A stretch of DNA of 64,000 bases from an uncultured bacterium (GTDB lineage: Bacteria > Zixibacteria > MSB-5A5 > UBA10806). Made by a program: the position numbers and the translations under genes. Below the pieces are notes generated by a model. That model was not told where the DNA came from. It saw only the letters and a list, made by a program, of their open reading frames with translations, and did not search any database. Shown piece by piece: positions 9,760-18,863 of this stretch. The stretch spans positions 192,001-256,000 of the forward strand of contig CBEUCH010000002.1 of the NCBI GenBank assembly GCA_965541585.1. The letters are read 5' to 3'. Numbering within the stretch: the first letter of the stretch is position 1; every line of letters begins with the position of its first letter.

Positions 9760-10386
9760 CTAATCGAACTGCAGGTGGTTATAGATTTCTTCAACGAAAG
9801 ATTTTTCGAAATCATCCAACGCTGAAAGGCCGGCCCGGTCGCCGGCGCCCATAATGCGAATAAAGGCTATATCATTGGGTTTGAATGTCAGCGAACTTAT
9901 CAATGTGTAAATCTTAAATGTGTAATCGTTGGCGGTTTCACCATAGCGGGTGATATACCAGAAATCCATAACCCTTTTCGATTCCCCCATTCTCAAGTCG
10001 AACCTGCCGATAGTTATTGGCCGACCCTTAAGGATAATTTCCCGTTTTTCCACTCCCCGTATTGTCCAGCCCGATCCCGGCAGACAATTCCTCGGTGAAT
10101 GAGGCCCGCCGCGAGAGTCTCGCTGCGCGAAATAGTCGAAAAAGAGATGCACCTTGTTTCCCAGCGCATCAGTATAAGTTGCCGAGAAGATCTCTGTAGG
10201 ATTCAGCATGGCAACAATGGCCGGTATGAGGTTGTCTTTTTGTCCAGACCAGCCGTCCTTTTGAAGAGGGAAATCCTCGATGCTTGCACCGGTTGAACTC
10301 TCAGGTTGATAATGTCTTATTGCGAAACCGGATAAGAACGTGAGAATCACAACGGATAAGAATGCTATGAACGATTTTCCAACCAT
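9760..10386 (-). CDS. epsI: EpsI family protein (exosortase partner)
   Basis: N-terminal anchor, FP..GW, HSPRNCLPGSGW motif; overlaps the exosortase gene. Confidence 0.85.
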   Translation of the reverse strand: MVGKSFIAFLSVVILTFLSGFAIRHYQPESSTGASIEDFPLQKDGWSGQKDNLIPAIVAMLNPTEIFSATYTDALGNKVHLFFDYFAQRDSRGGPHSPRNCLPGSGWTIRGVEKREIILKGRPITIGRFDLRMGESKRVMDFWYITRYGETANDYTFKIYTLISSLTFKPNDIAFIRIMGAGDRAGLSALDDFEKSFVEEIYNHLQFD

Positions 10387-11216
10387 TTCAGAAACGCTCC
10401 TGTAATTATCACAAGGATTATGGCAACTGTAAACACCAGAAGCCCGGATATTTCGTGAAGGAAACTTTCTGCCAAATCAGCGCTTATGGCATACGCCCCG
10501 ACGGCGGTGAATGTCAGCCTGAAAATGTTTGATATGATGGCAATTGGTATTGCTGCAAGGAACAGGATTACCGGCCGGATCTTCCCCGGAAGGACCAGAT
10601 ATCCATATAGTGCGCTTAATGCTGACAGCGTCGCCAGGCTCCTGAGACCGCTGCAGGCCTCGACCACCTCCAGAGTATATTGAGGAAGATATATTATATT
10701 ACCCTGCCTGACCGACGGTACCCCTATTACCTGAAGTATGAAACCGGTGACCTTGCTTGAAAACAGCTGCATGGGAACAGTGGCGGAATAGTAGATCACG
10801 GCGGGGATCGGAACCATAAATATCAAAAAGAAAAAGGCAAACCAGACCTTCCTGAAATTCTCAAGCCCCAGGTGGTAAAGTGAAATTCCGGAGATAATCA
10901 CCCAAAAAGACATTCTGGTTGTAAAAAATTCGCCGGCCGCGATGGCCAGTATCAATCCCAGACAACCGAGCCCGAATACGAATATCCCCCATCCGCTTGC
11001 CCTGGCGGGAAAAACCAGCTCTTTTCTTTTTCTCCAGAATAGAAATATGGCCACCGGAATAATTAGAAAGCCATGGGAATAATTCGGGTCATAATACCAG
11101 TCAGCGATCATTGCTTTAAGTATCGATAGATTAATAAGGACTGTGATCGCAATCAATATATAAGGATACTTATGTGATTTTAGATGAGCCGCTAAGGCAC
11201 TACCATTTAAATTCAA
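10365..11216 (-). CDS. Exosortase (EpsH family)
   Basis: Multi-pass membrane protein, YSHGFLI, catalytic triad Cys (EACSGLRS), Arg (SNIFR), His (FLHE). Confidence 0.93.
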   Translation of the reverse strand: MNLNGSALAAHLKSHKYPYILIAITVLINLSILKAMIADWYYDPNYSHGFLIIPVAIFLFWRKRKELVFPARASGWGIFVFGLGCLGLILAIAAGEFFTTRMSFWVIISGISLYHLGLENFRKVWFAFFFLIFMVPIPAVIYYSATVPMQLFSSKVTGFILQVIGVPSVRQGNIIYLPQYTLEVVEACSGLRSLATLSALSALYGYLVLPGKIRPVILFLAAIPIAIISNIFRLTFTAVGAYAISADLAESFLHEISGLLVFTVAIILVIITGAFLKWLENRS

Positions 11217-11531
11217 CCAGTTCCCCTTTCTTAATATTAATCGTAAGATAATACCCGCGGTTTAATTTATCAATCGAACATTCATAAATCGGGGGCGTCA
11301 CGATCTCAGCTATCGGGACGATAAATATGCGTAGCGGGAAACATCCGAGCGCCGGGGGCATTTTATTGTAAGATGATAAGTTATGACTGATGCGGACAGG
11401 TGGAAAGAGACGATCCCCGACCGCCGCGGGGATTTCTAGAGTTGGTTTTTTGATCTGATATGATGCTCTTAGTCTTGTGCAGGAGAATGCGCTAATTCGT
11501 GACGAGGCCTATAGTTCGATGAATGTTTGAC

Positions 11532-11560
11532 TTGACTATGAGAAGATATTGATATATAAT
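11532..11560 (+). promoter_or_regulatory. sigma70-type promoter for GNAT-GT2
   Basis: TTGACT-N17-TATAAT. Confidence 0.6.
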
Positions 11561-11757
11561 GAATCTGCGATGCAATCATGCTCTCAGGGGGCGATGATGC
11601 TTCTTGTCTTCGAGAAATCGAATAAATCGGTGGAGGATACTGGCTAGTTTACCCGTAAGGCTGATAAATATTTGGAACATTGCCCCGGTTATGGTGGTTG
11701 GTATTGTTCCATAATTAATCGATGGTTAAATAATACAAAAAGGATGACTGGCTTCAT

Positions 11758-12945
11758 ATGCGAGATAATACCGCAATATCGCAAGAGACAATGGAGAGAG
11801 GCCAATTAAGAATAGAATTGGTTCAATCGCTTGAAGGACTCGCTGCTCACGTGGATGCCTGGGATCGATTGGCTTTGGAGGCTCCTCAAAATCTGCCGGC
11901 GATTTCATCGGCCTGGGTAACAGCTTTTTATGAGCACCAGCTTCAGAAATCGGAATCCTGGTGTTGCTTTTTTGTATACGACAGGAAGGATCTGGTTGGT
12001 GTTCTCCCCATTGTGATAACGCCGAATCGTTTGCTGGGATTGAAACGTCCGCGCTTGCGAACTCCTCAGAATAACCATGTTTATTCGGTCGATTTCGTCG
12101 TAGCCGGGGGGAGGGAAAGCGAAATCATCCCATATCTTTTATCGGCAGTTGATCGGGTCGAACCCTCGAGGTTTTGCCTGGGCTTGATCCGCCTGCCAGA
12201 TACATCACCCACATTGTCGGTTCTTGAAAGTGGCGTTGCGGGGATGTCTGTCGTTAGAGAATATGACGGCAAGGGTTCATACGTCAGCGTCATAGGAAAC
12301 TATGGCGAGTATCGTTCGCGGCTCAGCATCAACTTCAGAAATAATCTGCGAAAAATGAAAAACAAGATATCGCGCCTTCCCAACGTAAAGACGGTTTTCC
12401 TTTCGGGGACAGAGGCTACAGAGAAAGACCTCCAGCACTTTCTGGAGGTTGAAGCCTCCGGCTGGAAAGGGAGAGGCGGGTCAGCGATATTGATGTCCCC
12501 CTCGTTGAGTGCATTTTACCGTAGCATTGTCAGGCGGCTGGCAAGGCTCGGTTGGCTCGAATGGCACTTCCTTCAGACTGAGGAGAAGATTATTGCCGCG
12601 CAACTCGCGGTAAAAATGGGTCGCACCCTGACAGTGGTGAAGATCGGATATGATGAAGAATACGCCTGGTGTTCTCCCGGAAATTATCTTTTTGAACGCA
12701 CCGTGGAGCGTGCCTTCGAATCCGGCGATACCGATGACATAAATTGCCTTACCGACATGCCGTGGCATAGGAAATGGAAGATGAAACAAAGGGACTACTA
12801 CAACCTCTGGATCTACCCGCGTCGACCGATTCCTTTATTATTTGGTGCCGGTGGCAGAAAAATCAAAAATGCCCTGCGCAGGACCCCGGGATTGTTACCG
12901 CTTTACCATGGCCTGCGGGGGTTGGCAAAAGGAGAACGGTCATAA
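11758..12945 (+). CDS. CelD/BcsL-type GNAT acyltransferase
   Basis: AWDRL, LVGVLP, EASGWKG, KIGYDEEYAWCSPG..L motifs of Acetyltransf_6-like proteins. Confidence 0.8.
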   Translation: MRDNTAISQETMERGQLRIELVQSLEGLAAHVDAWDRLALEAPQNLPAISSAWVTAFYEHQLQKSESWCCFFVYDRKDLVGVLPIVITPNRLLGLKRPRLRTPQNNHVYSVDFVVAGGRESEIIPYLLSAVDRVEPSRFCLGLIRLPDTSPTLSVLESGVAGMSVVREYDGKGSYVSVIGNYGEYRSRLSINFRNNLRKMKNKISRLPNVKTVFLSGTEATEKDLQHFLEVEASGWKGRGGSAILMSPSLSAFYRSIVRRLARLGWLEWHFLQTEEKIIAAQLAVKMGRTLTVVKIGYDEEYAWCSPGNYLFERTVERAFESGDTDDINCLTDMPWHRKWKMKQRDYYNLWIYPRRPIPLLFGAGGRKIKNALRRTPGLLPLYHGLRGLAKGERS

Positions 12946-13952
12946 ACCAACTATCAATCTCGACCATTATCCCGACCTACAACCGCGCGCAACTTATTGA
13001 AAGAGCGGTGTCGTCGGCTCTGGCGCAGTGCGTCCCGGGTGATGAGGTTATTGTAGTCGATGATGGTTCCACTGACAATACCGAGGGAATCCTTGCTGCC
13101 TACCTGGATCGTCTGCGTTTCATAAAAATACCTAATTCGGGGGCCGGCGTAGCGCGGAATCGAGGGGTCCGGGAATCAAAAAACGACCTTGTAGCGTTTC
13201 TCGATTCGGACGATGAATGGATGCCGGGTAAGCTTGAACTTCAGCGCAACCTGATGCAGGCGAGACCTGATATCCTGTTTTGCTTCAGCGACTTTGCCGG
13301 ACGCGCCCGAGATGGCCGGGAACACCGTCATTACCTGGCAAGATGGCATGATGATTTGCGTAGCTGGGATGAGATCCTCGGCCCCGGTGCGCTCTATTCT
13401 TCCATTGCCAGCCTGCCGGCTGGCATTGATGACTTCAACTTTCATGTGGGCGATCTTTATTTATTGGAACTGACCGCCAACTATATATTCACTGGCACAC
13501 TGGTTGTCCGTCGCCAGGAAGCCCAGAAGAGCCTTCATTTTGGAGAAGGGCTTCCGACATATGAGGACTGGGAATGCTTTGGACGGCTGGCTAAGCATGG
13601 TTTGGGAGCATACTTAGACTGCGAAACTGCCTGGCAGATTTCGCATGATGGGTGGAGGCTTACGGATGCCGATGTTGCAACCAACGCCGGTACCCGCATG
13701 ATCTTAATAAAACGAGTCTGGGGTGCAGATCCCGAATTTATGGATAAGCACGGCGATCTCTACCGCAAAACAACAACCGAGCAACGATTGCTCAAAATCA
13801 AAGGTCTCATCTCCCAGGGGCGCACGAAAGAAGCCGGGTCTGAACTGAAAGAGGTGGAATCGGCGCCCGGCTTATATCGATTGCTCGCCGCATTGCCCGG
13901 CCCATTTGTCCGCGGTCTTGTCGGATTGCGCCGCAAAATAAAAGATACATAA
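12942..13952 (+). CDS. GT2 glycosyltransferase (start probably the non-canonical ATA at 12942)
   Basis: IIPTYNR, VVDDGSTD, FLDSDDEW, YEDW; AGGAG lies 7 nt upstream of an in-frame ATA overlapping the upstream TAA. Confidence 0.85.
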   Translation: MNQLSISTIIPTYNRAQLIERAVSSALAQCVPGDEVIVVDDGSTDNTEGILAAYLDRLRFIKIPNSGAGVARNRGVRESKNDLVAFLDSDDEWMPGKLELQRNLMQARPDILFCFSDFAGRARDGREHRHYLARWHDDLRSWDEILGPGALYSSIASLPAGIDDFNFHVGDLYLLELTANYIFTGTLVVRRQEAQKSLHFGEGLPTYEDWECFGRLAKHGLGAYLDCETAWQISHDGWRLTDADVATNAGTRMILIKRVWGADPEFMDKHGDLYRKTTTEQRLLKIKGLISQGRTKEAGSELKEVESAPGLYRLLAALPGPFVRGLVGLRRKIKDT

Positions 13953-14212
13953 TGACATGTTCTGCCCGGGATCTGAGTACTGGCTGAAATTCTTCGTGGG
14001 AATTCGAGGTAGTCTGTTGAGCCATTGGAACCTGCTCCGGAAATCAAATGTAAATCATTGATTAATGGAGGAATAACACGATAATTGAAAACTATTTAAA
14101 TAGCCATTTCATAAATGCCGATTATAATATAATAGCGATGCGATCCGAATTGTCAGGGTAAGTGAACGAGAGCGGCCGCCAGCCGCATCTGTTCATGGTC
14201 AGGATTTGAATT

Positions 14213-15049
14213 ATGAAAAATAAAAGAAAGGCGCTGATCTCTCTGGTTTTTTGCCTCAGTATTTCCGGGTATTCAGCGGCACAGGAGACTCTCTATCCTG
14301 CAGGGCATAATATAGCCGTCACCTATGAGTTGTCATCCGTTGATCTGGAAATAGGGGATACCCTGATGGTGAGCAGGACCATCACGAATAACGAGAGTTT
14401 TGGCCTTACTAACCTGTATCTGGCCGAGAATCTGCCTTTCGAGTTCAGCATCTCCGTGTACTCCCTGAGAATCGATGGAGCAGCGGTCCCGCATGCCTAT
14501 TCAGGGCCTTCCGGGGGCGAGATCTTCCCATCCTACAATTCGTACAGGTGGGTTATAGACGATCCGGCGCCGGGCGATACAGCGAATCGGGTTCTAACGC
14601 CCGGAGAATCGCTTGTGCTGGAATACTCAGTCACCTGCGCCACGGTCGGCAATTATGCTTTGCCCTTCCATACCATGTGCGTTTACGGAGATACATCGGG
14701 TATCTTTACGGTTGCGGATAGCCTGACGGTCACTTTTTCACCCAGTTCCCGGATAAGCGAAGAGCCTGTTTTATTTCCTGAAAGCTCGAACATTCCCCGG
14801 GCCTATCCAAATCCCTTTAACAGCGAAGTGGTCATCGATCTCGGCAACCTTGAACTCCCTGATGATCCGGTGAGATTTACCGTTTACAGTCTGATGGGTG
14901 ATGAGGTTTTTAAAGGTGAATACGTTTTGGCTGCCAACATGCACCGGATACACTGGCGCCCGGAAAATAATATTGCAGCCGGAGTTTATTTTTATAGATT
15001 ACAGGCAGAGGTTATGGTAATTACCGGCAAGGTGACATTTTTGAAATGA
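14213..15049 (+). CDS. Secreted protein with T9SS/Por-like C-terminal sorting domain
   Basis: Signal peptide; AYPNPFN...VYSLMG...AAGVYFYRL...GKVTFLK CTD; N-domain paralogous to 422..1072. Confidence 0.85.
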   Translation: MKNKRKALISLVFCLSISGYSAAQETLYPAGHNIAVTYELSSVDLEIGDTLMVSRTITNNESFGLTNLYLAENLPFEFSISVYSLRIDGAAVPHAYSGPSGGEIFPSYNSYRWVIDDPAPGDTANRVLTPGESLVLEYSVTCATVGNYALPFHTMCVYGDTSGIFTVADSLTVTFSPSSRISEEPVLFPESSNIPRAYPNPFNSEVVIDLGNLELPDDPVRFTVYSLMGDEVFKGEYVLAANMHRIHWRPENNIAAGVYFYRLQAEVMVITGKVTFLK

Positions 15050-15068
15050 GGGCCGATTTCGAAATCTG

Positions 15069-16139
15069 GTGAGTATGCTTATTATGAAAAGGATGATGTT
15101 GATAATATCGGCGTTCTTGCTGGGCAGCTTTTCCGCCGGGGCCGAAGAGGTTCGGGTTTCGGTCATATTCGTGCACTATTCTGTCGGGACCACTATAGTT
15201 TCTCAATCATTGAATCCCGGCAGCCAGCATATTCGGGATACTCTCAATATTCCGCCGGTTGTGGTGGATAACGATACGGCAAGAATAGTCTTTAGAAGTT
15301 ACAGGATGAATAATGAAATGGGAGGAACACCCCTGAGCGATACCGTCTCGGACCAGTCGGGATGGGATTACAGATTCCAGAATTACCGTTACGAATATTT
15401 CGATCCCTGGCATAACAGGATGAGAATATGGAATAGTGATAATGGTATGAATGGTAATGCCTTTGCAGGATTGTTGAATGATCTGTTTGATATTCCAGAT
15501 AAGGAAGATTCGGCATTTTGGAGGGCCTTTACCACACATAACGTACCGGGTTCGTCGGGGGACTCCGTCGTAGAAAAATATGATCTGTTCATGGTCAAGA
15601 ATCCTTACGGGTGCTGGGTTTGCATGACACAGCCGCAAGCCGACAGCCAGAGGACACTATTTCAGATCGTGGCCGATTCCATGGCCAATCACCCGGAGCA
15701 GAATTTTGCGCTTATATTCGGCACGCCGCTCCGGCTCTCGGAGCAGGGTTGCGGGGGTGATTCGTCGAACGCCAGGATAACCTACGAGCTGGCCACCTGG
15801 TTTGCGGACACCTTCGATGTTTCCGGCTATGACAACGTCTGGAAGTATGAATTTTTCAGGACCCTCTGTGAAACGAGCCCGGACAGCGCAAATAGATACT
15901 GTTTAAAGGAAATATACTTCGATGGATGGGGCGGCTCTCACTTAGGCCATGACGGTTCGGATTTAGCTCAGGACAGCCTGGTTGCTTTTACTCGCAGGGC
16001 GACGGCAGATATTCTGGCCATGCGAAGCGGCCTCGTGACGATGCGGGACATCGACCTGAAAATTATAGAATTCAGAGAGGGCTCCGCCACTGTTCAAGAA
16101 GTACTTGAGCTTATCGAGCGGTATAATAGCGGTAATTAG
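15069..16139 (+). CDS. Secreted hypothetical protein, possibly SGNH-like esterase
   Basis: Signal peptide; IFVHYSVG near N-terminus and GGSHL near C-terminus; Cys residues. Confidence 0.6.
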   Translation: MSMLIMKRMMLIISAFLLGSFSAGAEEVRVSVIFVHYSVGTTIVSQSLNPGSQHIRDTLNIPPVVVDNDTARIVFRSYRMNNEMGGTPLSDTVSDQSGWDYRFQNYRYEYFDPWHNRMRIWNSDNGMNGNAFAGLLNDLFDIPDKEDSAFWRAFTTHNVPGSSGDSVVEKYDLFMVKNPYGCWVCMTQPQADSQRTLFQIVADSMANHPEQNFALIFGTPLRLSEQGCGGDSSNARITYELATWFADTFDVSGYDNVWKYEFFRTLCETSPDSANRYCLKEIYFDGWGGSHLGHDGSDLAQDSLVAFTRRATADILAMRSGLVTMRDIDLKIIEFREGSATVQEVLELIERYNSGN

Positions 16140-16512
16140 CACGCTTACTTGATACGACAGACCGCATGCAATCCCGATGTACTAATGACTGCAAGACATT
16201 GTTAAAAATGAAAATGCGAAAAGAACTACTTGAAAAGAGAGCCTTTTCGTGTGGCAATAGGCCTTGCCCTTTGCCGTCATAAGCGCGACATTAGTACCGA
16301 GTTGGAGATACTGTATTATTCTGTGGATGAGTTCACAACACGCTAACCCAGGCCGTAAAAAAATCGATGAAGCATACAACTCCAGCCATGAGATCTAATA
16401 CAACGCCATTTGACAAGTGGATTCCATGAGAGCATTCCTGGCCCGCGAATTGTGTGTATTCCTCACCCGTTCAGGAGGCGTTTGCTCGAGGTTCCAGGCT
16501 GGGAGCTGAAGG

Positions 16513-17274
16513 ATGGTTATAGGCAAGGCCGACTCGAAGAACGTTTACCCTAAAGGGATAGGGCAAATTCATATACAGGTCAAAGAGATTATCACCCTGA
16601 TTATGTCTAGGATTAGTCAAAAATCGGATATGAAGGTTCTTGACGCTGCCGCAGGTAATGGCTACCTTACTAACTGGATGATAAATCAGGGGTTATCTGT
16701 CACTCCGGTCGACATCGCCCGGGAGCAGTGGGCGGTAGAGGGAGTAGCTTGTGAAGAAATCGACCTCAACCAGAAGCTACCTTATCCTGACCGCTCTTTT
16801 GATCTTGTCGTCTCGGTAGAAACGATTGAACATCTTGAAAATCCCTATCATATCCTGAGAGAATTCTCCCGGCTCTTAAAACCGTCAGGCTTTCTTATAG
16901 TTTCAACTCCCAACGTGCACTCATTCAAGTCAAGGATTAAATACCCTATCCTCGGTCTGCCGTCTCTTTTCGAGTTTGTAAAAGACGATTCTATGGGACA
17001 GCATATCTCGCCGGTCTCAATCGGACATTTTCTTTATTCCTTTGACCGTAACAATATGAAGCTTGAGAGTATCAGTTCGACTGGTCTCAAGCAATCCGTA
17101 TGGCAAAAGTCGGTTAAGTGGATTTTTAATTTCACGTGTCTTATGTTGTTAAAGACGATCAAATTCAGGCACAGCCACAGTGATGATTACTACCTATATC
17201 GTTTGAGTAATAGCGAAATACGAACACTATTCGATGATTTGATTCTGATTGTTGTTGCCCGGAAACGGCAATGA
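16513..17274 (+). CDS. Class I SAM-dependent methyltransferase
   Basis: VLDAAAGNG, FDLVVSVETIEHLENP, LKPSG..IVSTPN. Confidence 0.88.
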   Translation: MVIGKADSKNVYPKGIGQIHIQVKEIITLIMSRISQKSDMKVLDAAAGNGYLTNWMINQGLSVTPVDIAREQWAVEGVACEEIDLNQKLPYPDRSFDLVVSVETIEHLENPYHILREFSRLLKPSGFLIVSTPNVHSFKSRIKYPILGLPSLFEFVKDDSMGQHISPVSIGHFLYSFDRNNMKLESISSTGLKQSVWQKSVKWIFNFTCLMLLKTIKFRHSHSDDYYLYRLSNSEIRTLFDDLILIVVARKRQ

Positions 17275-17337
17275 TATGTTGCACAGCGTCAATGCCAGGT
17301 TATCAAATGTTCTGTTTCGGATCTAAGGCAAAGAGAA

Positions 17338-17997
17338 GTGAATGAAATAAGAATGCGGACTAGACTATTAGACATATTCAAGCTGGTCGTTAAGAGATCA
17401 TTATTCATAATGGGAGTTTTGATGACGTCTCCACTAATATTGCTAACCTATATCGAGGAGCTTTTCACAGGGAGAAGAAGCGGCGTGATATTCGGCTCAT
17501 CCAGGGAGATTATATCTTTGATTCCAACGATCCTGGGGGAATTCATCCGTCTGGGGTATTATCGGGTAGTATGTGCGGAAATTTCGCCGGATGCCACCTT
17601 TCTTTTCGGCAGCATGCTGGCGCGCCAGGATACTATTATCGGAGCAGGAACCGTGATCGGGGCTTATAGTATAATAGGTCATGCCGAAATCGGTGAGCAC
17701 GTTTTAATAGGGCCAAGAGTCTCCATAATTTCGGGCAAATATCTTCACGGGCGTCCGGGGGAAAGGGCAGAGGGTCAAAGTATAATCAGGGAACGAGAGG
17801 TAATCTCAATCGGCAACAATTCCTGGATCGGGCAGGATGCAATATTAATGGCAAGCGTCGGGGAGAATTGCACAGTCGGAGCAGGAAGCGTCGTTTATAA
17901 GATTGTGCCGGACAGCACCACGGTCTTGGGGAATCCGGCCAGAAAAGTAAATATCGAAATGCCCGCGAAGAAGGAGCAAACGAGCGATAAGGATTGA
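17338..17997 (+). CDS. Hexapeptide-repeat (LbH) O-acyltransferase
   Basis: Hexapeptide repeats, IGNNSWIG, VGAGSVV, GNPARKV. Confidence 0.85.
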   Translation: MNEIRMRTRLLDIFKLVVKRSLFIMGVLMTSPLILLTYIEELFTGRRSGVIFGSSREIISLIPTILGEFIRLGYYRVVCAEISPDATFLFGSMLARQDTIIGAGTVIGAYSIIGHAEIGEHVLIGPRVSIISGKYLHGRPGERAEGQSIIREREVISIGNNSWIGQDAILMASVGENCTVGAGSVVYKIVPDSTTVLGNPARKVNIEMPAKKEQTSDKD

Positions 17998-18758
17998 AAA
18001 TGCAGACAGTCTGGAAAATCGTTTTGATCCTATCCATTATTCTGAACCTCGTAGCAATCTGGGGATTTTTTCACTACATAAGGTACGGCGGCTCTCCTCT
18101 GGGAGAGATCAAGCGAATGTTCACCGGTGCCGCCAAACAGAAAGCTCCGAAATTATCGTATGCCGACGAGAACGCAAGATTACTGGAGGATTCGCGCAAA
18201 GGCGAGCTCGATTCTCTGCGCGTGGTTTTTCTGGGAGCATCTATAACCAGAAGGTGGAATCTTGAAAAATATTTCCCCGAAATTCATCCAGTCAACAGAA
18301 GCATCGGGGGACAACTGGTTCCCGATATTCTTCTCAGGTTTAAACGGGACGTGCTTGACTTGAAACCCCGGGCGGTCGTTATCAAGTTTTGCTCAATCAA
18401 CATCAGGCCTCGTCTACCATTGTCCGTACTTAAAGATGGGATGGCAATGATGGTCCAGTTGTCGCAGGCCAATGACATCGCTCCGGTCGTATCTACCATC
18501 ATACCGGCCGGAAAGCCCGAGGCGCATATTGGCGATTTCAGTGTTACCGATACTCTCGCTGAATTTAATTCCTGGATTCGAGGATATACGCGGGAAAACG
18601 ATATCGCACTAATCGACTATGCGGCGGCGATTCAGGACGAGCACGGGTTTCTGCCGAGGGAGTACTCCGTAGACCCGGTTCATCTGAATGATAAGGGTTA
18701 TGAGATAATTGCCGGGGTAGCCAGGCCTGTTATTTACGAGGTGATGGGGATAAAATAG
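17994..18758 (+). CDS. SGNH/GDSL family hydrolase/acyltransferase, membrane anchored
   Basis: VFLGASIT (block I), NRSIGGQ, DPVHLN (DxxH); N-terminal TM. Confidence 0.82.
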   Translation: MKMQTVWKIVLILSIILNLVAIWGFFHYIRYGGSPLGEIKRMFTGAAKQKAPKLSYADENARLLEDSRKGELDSLRVVFLGASITRRWNLEKYFPEIHPVNRSIGGQLVPDILLRFKRDVLDLKPRAVVIKFCSINIRPRLPLSVLKDGMAMMVQLSQANDIAPVVSTIIPAGKPEAHIGDFSVTDTLAEFNSWIRGYTRENDIALIDYAAAIQDEHGFLPREYSVDPVHLNDKGYEIIAGVARPVIYEVMGIK

Positions 18759-18863
18759 TCCGCCACAGGCTGGGCCGCTATTTTATCTCAGCTCGTTGTT
18801 TATAGATGCAGTGGCGGACCTTGGCATCACAGGATCTTTGCGGAACCCGATTGGATATACATC

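Noticed and set aside
12774..12941. N-terminal extension of the GT2 in the ORF track
   Set aside because: Overlaps the GNAT by 172 nt and looks non-protein-like; RBS and fold start point to 12942
16182..16379. Small intergenic ORFs (also 25093..25368, 58219..58602, 61283..61474)
   Set aside because: No convincing RBS, motif or coding-like composition
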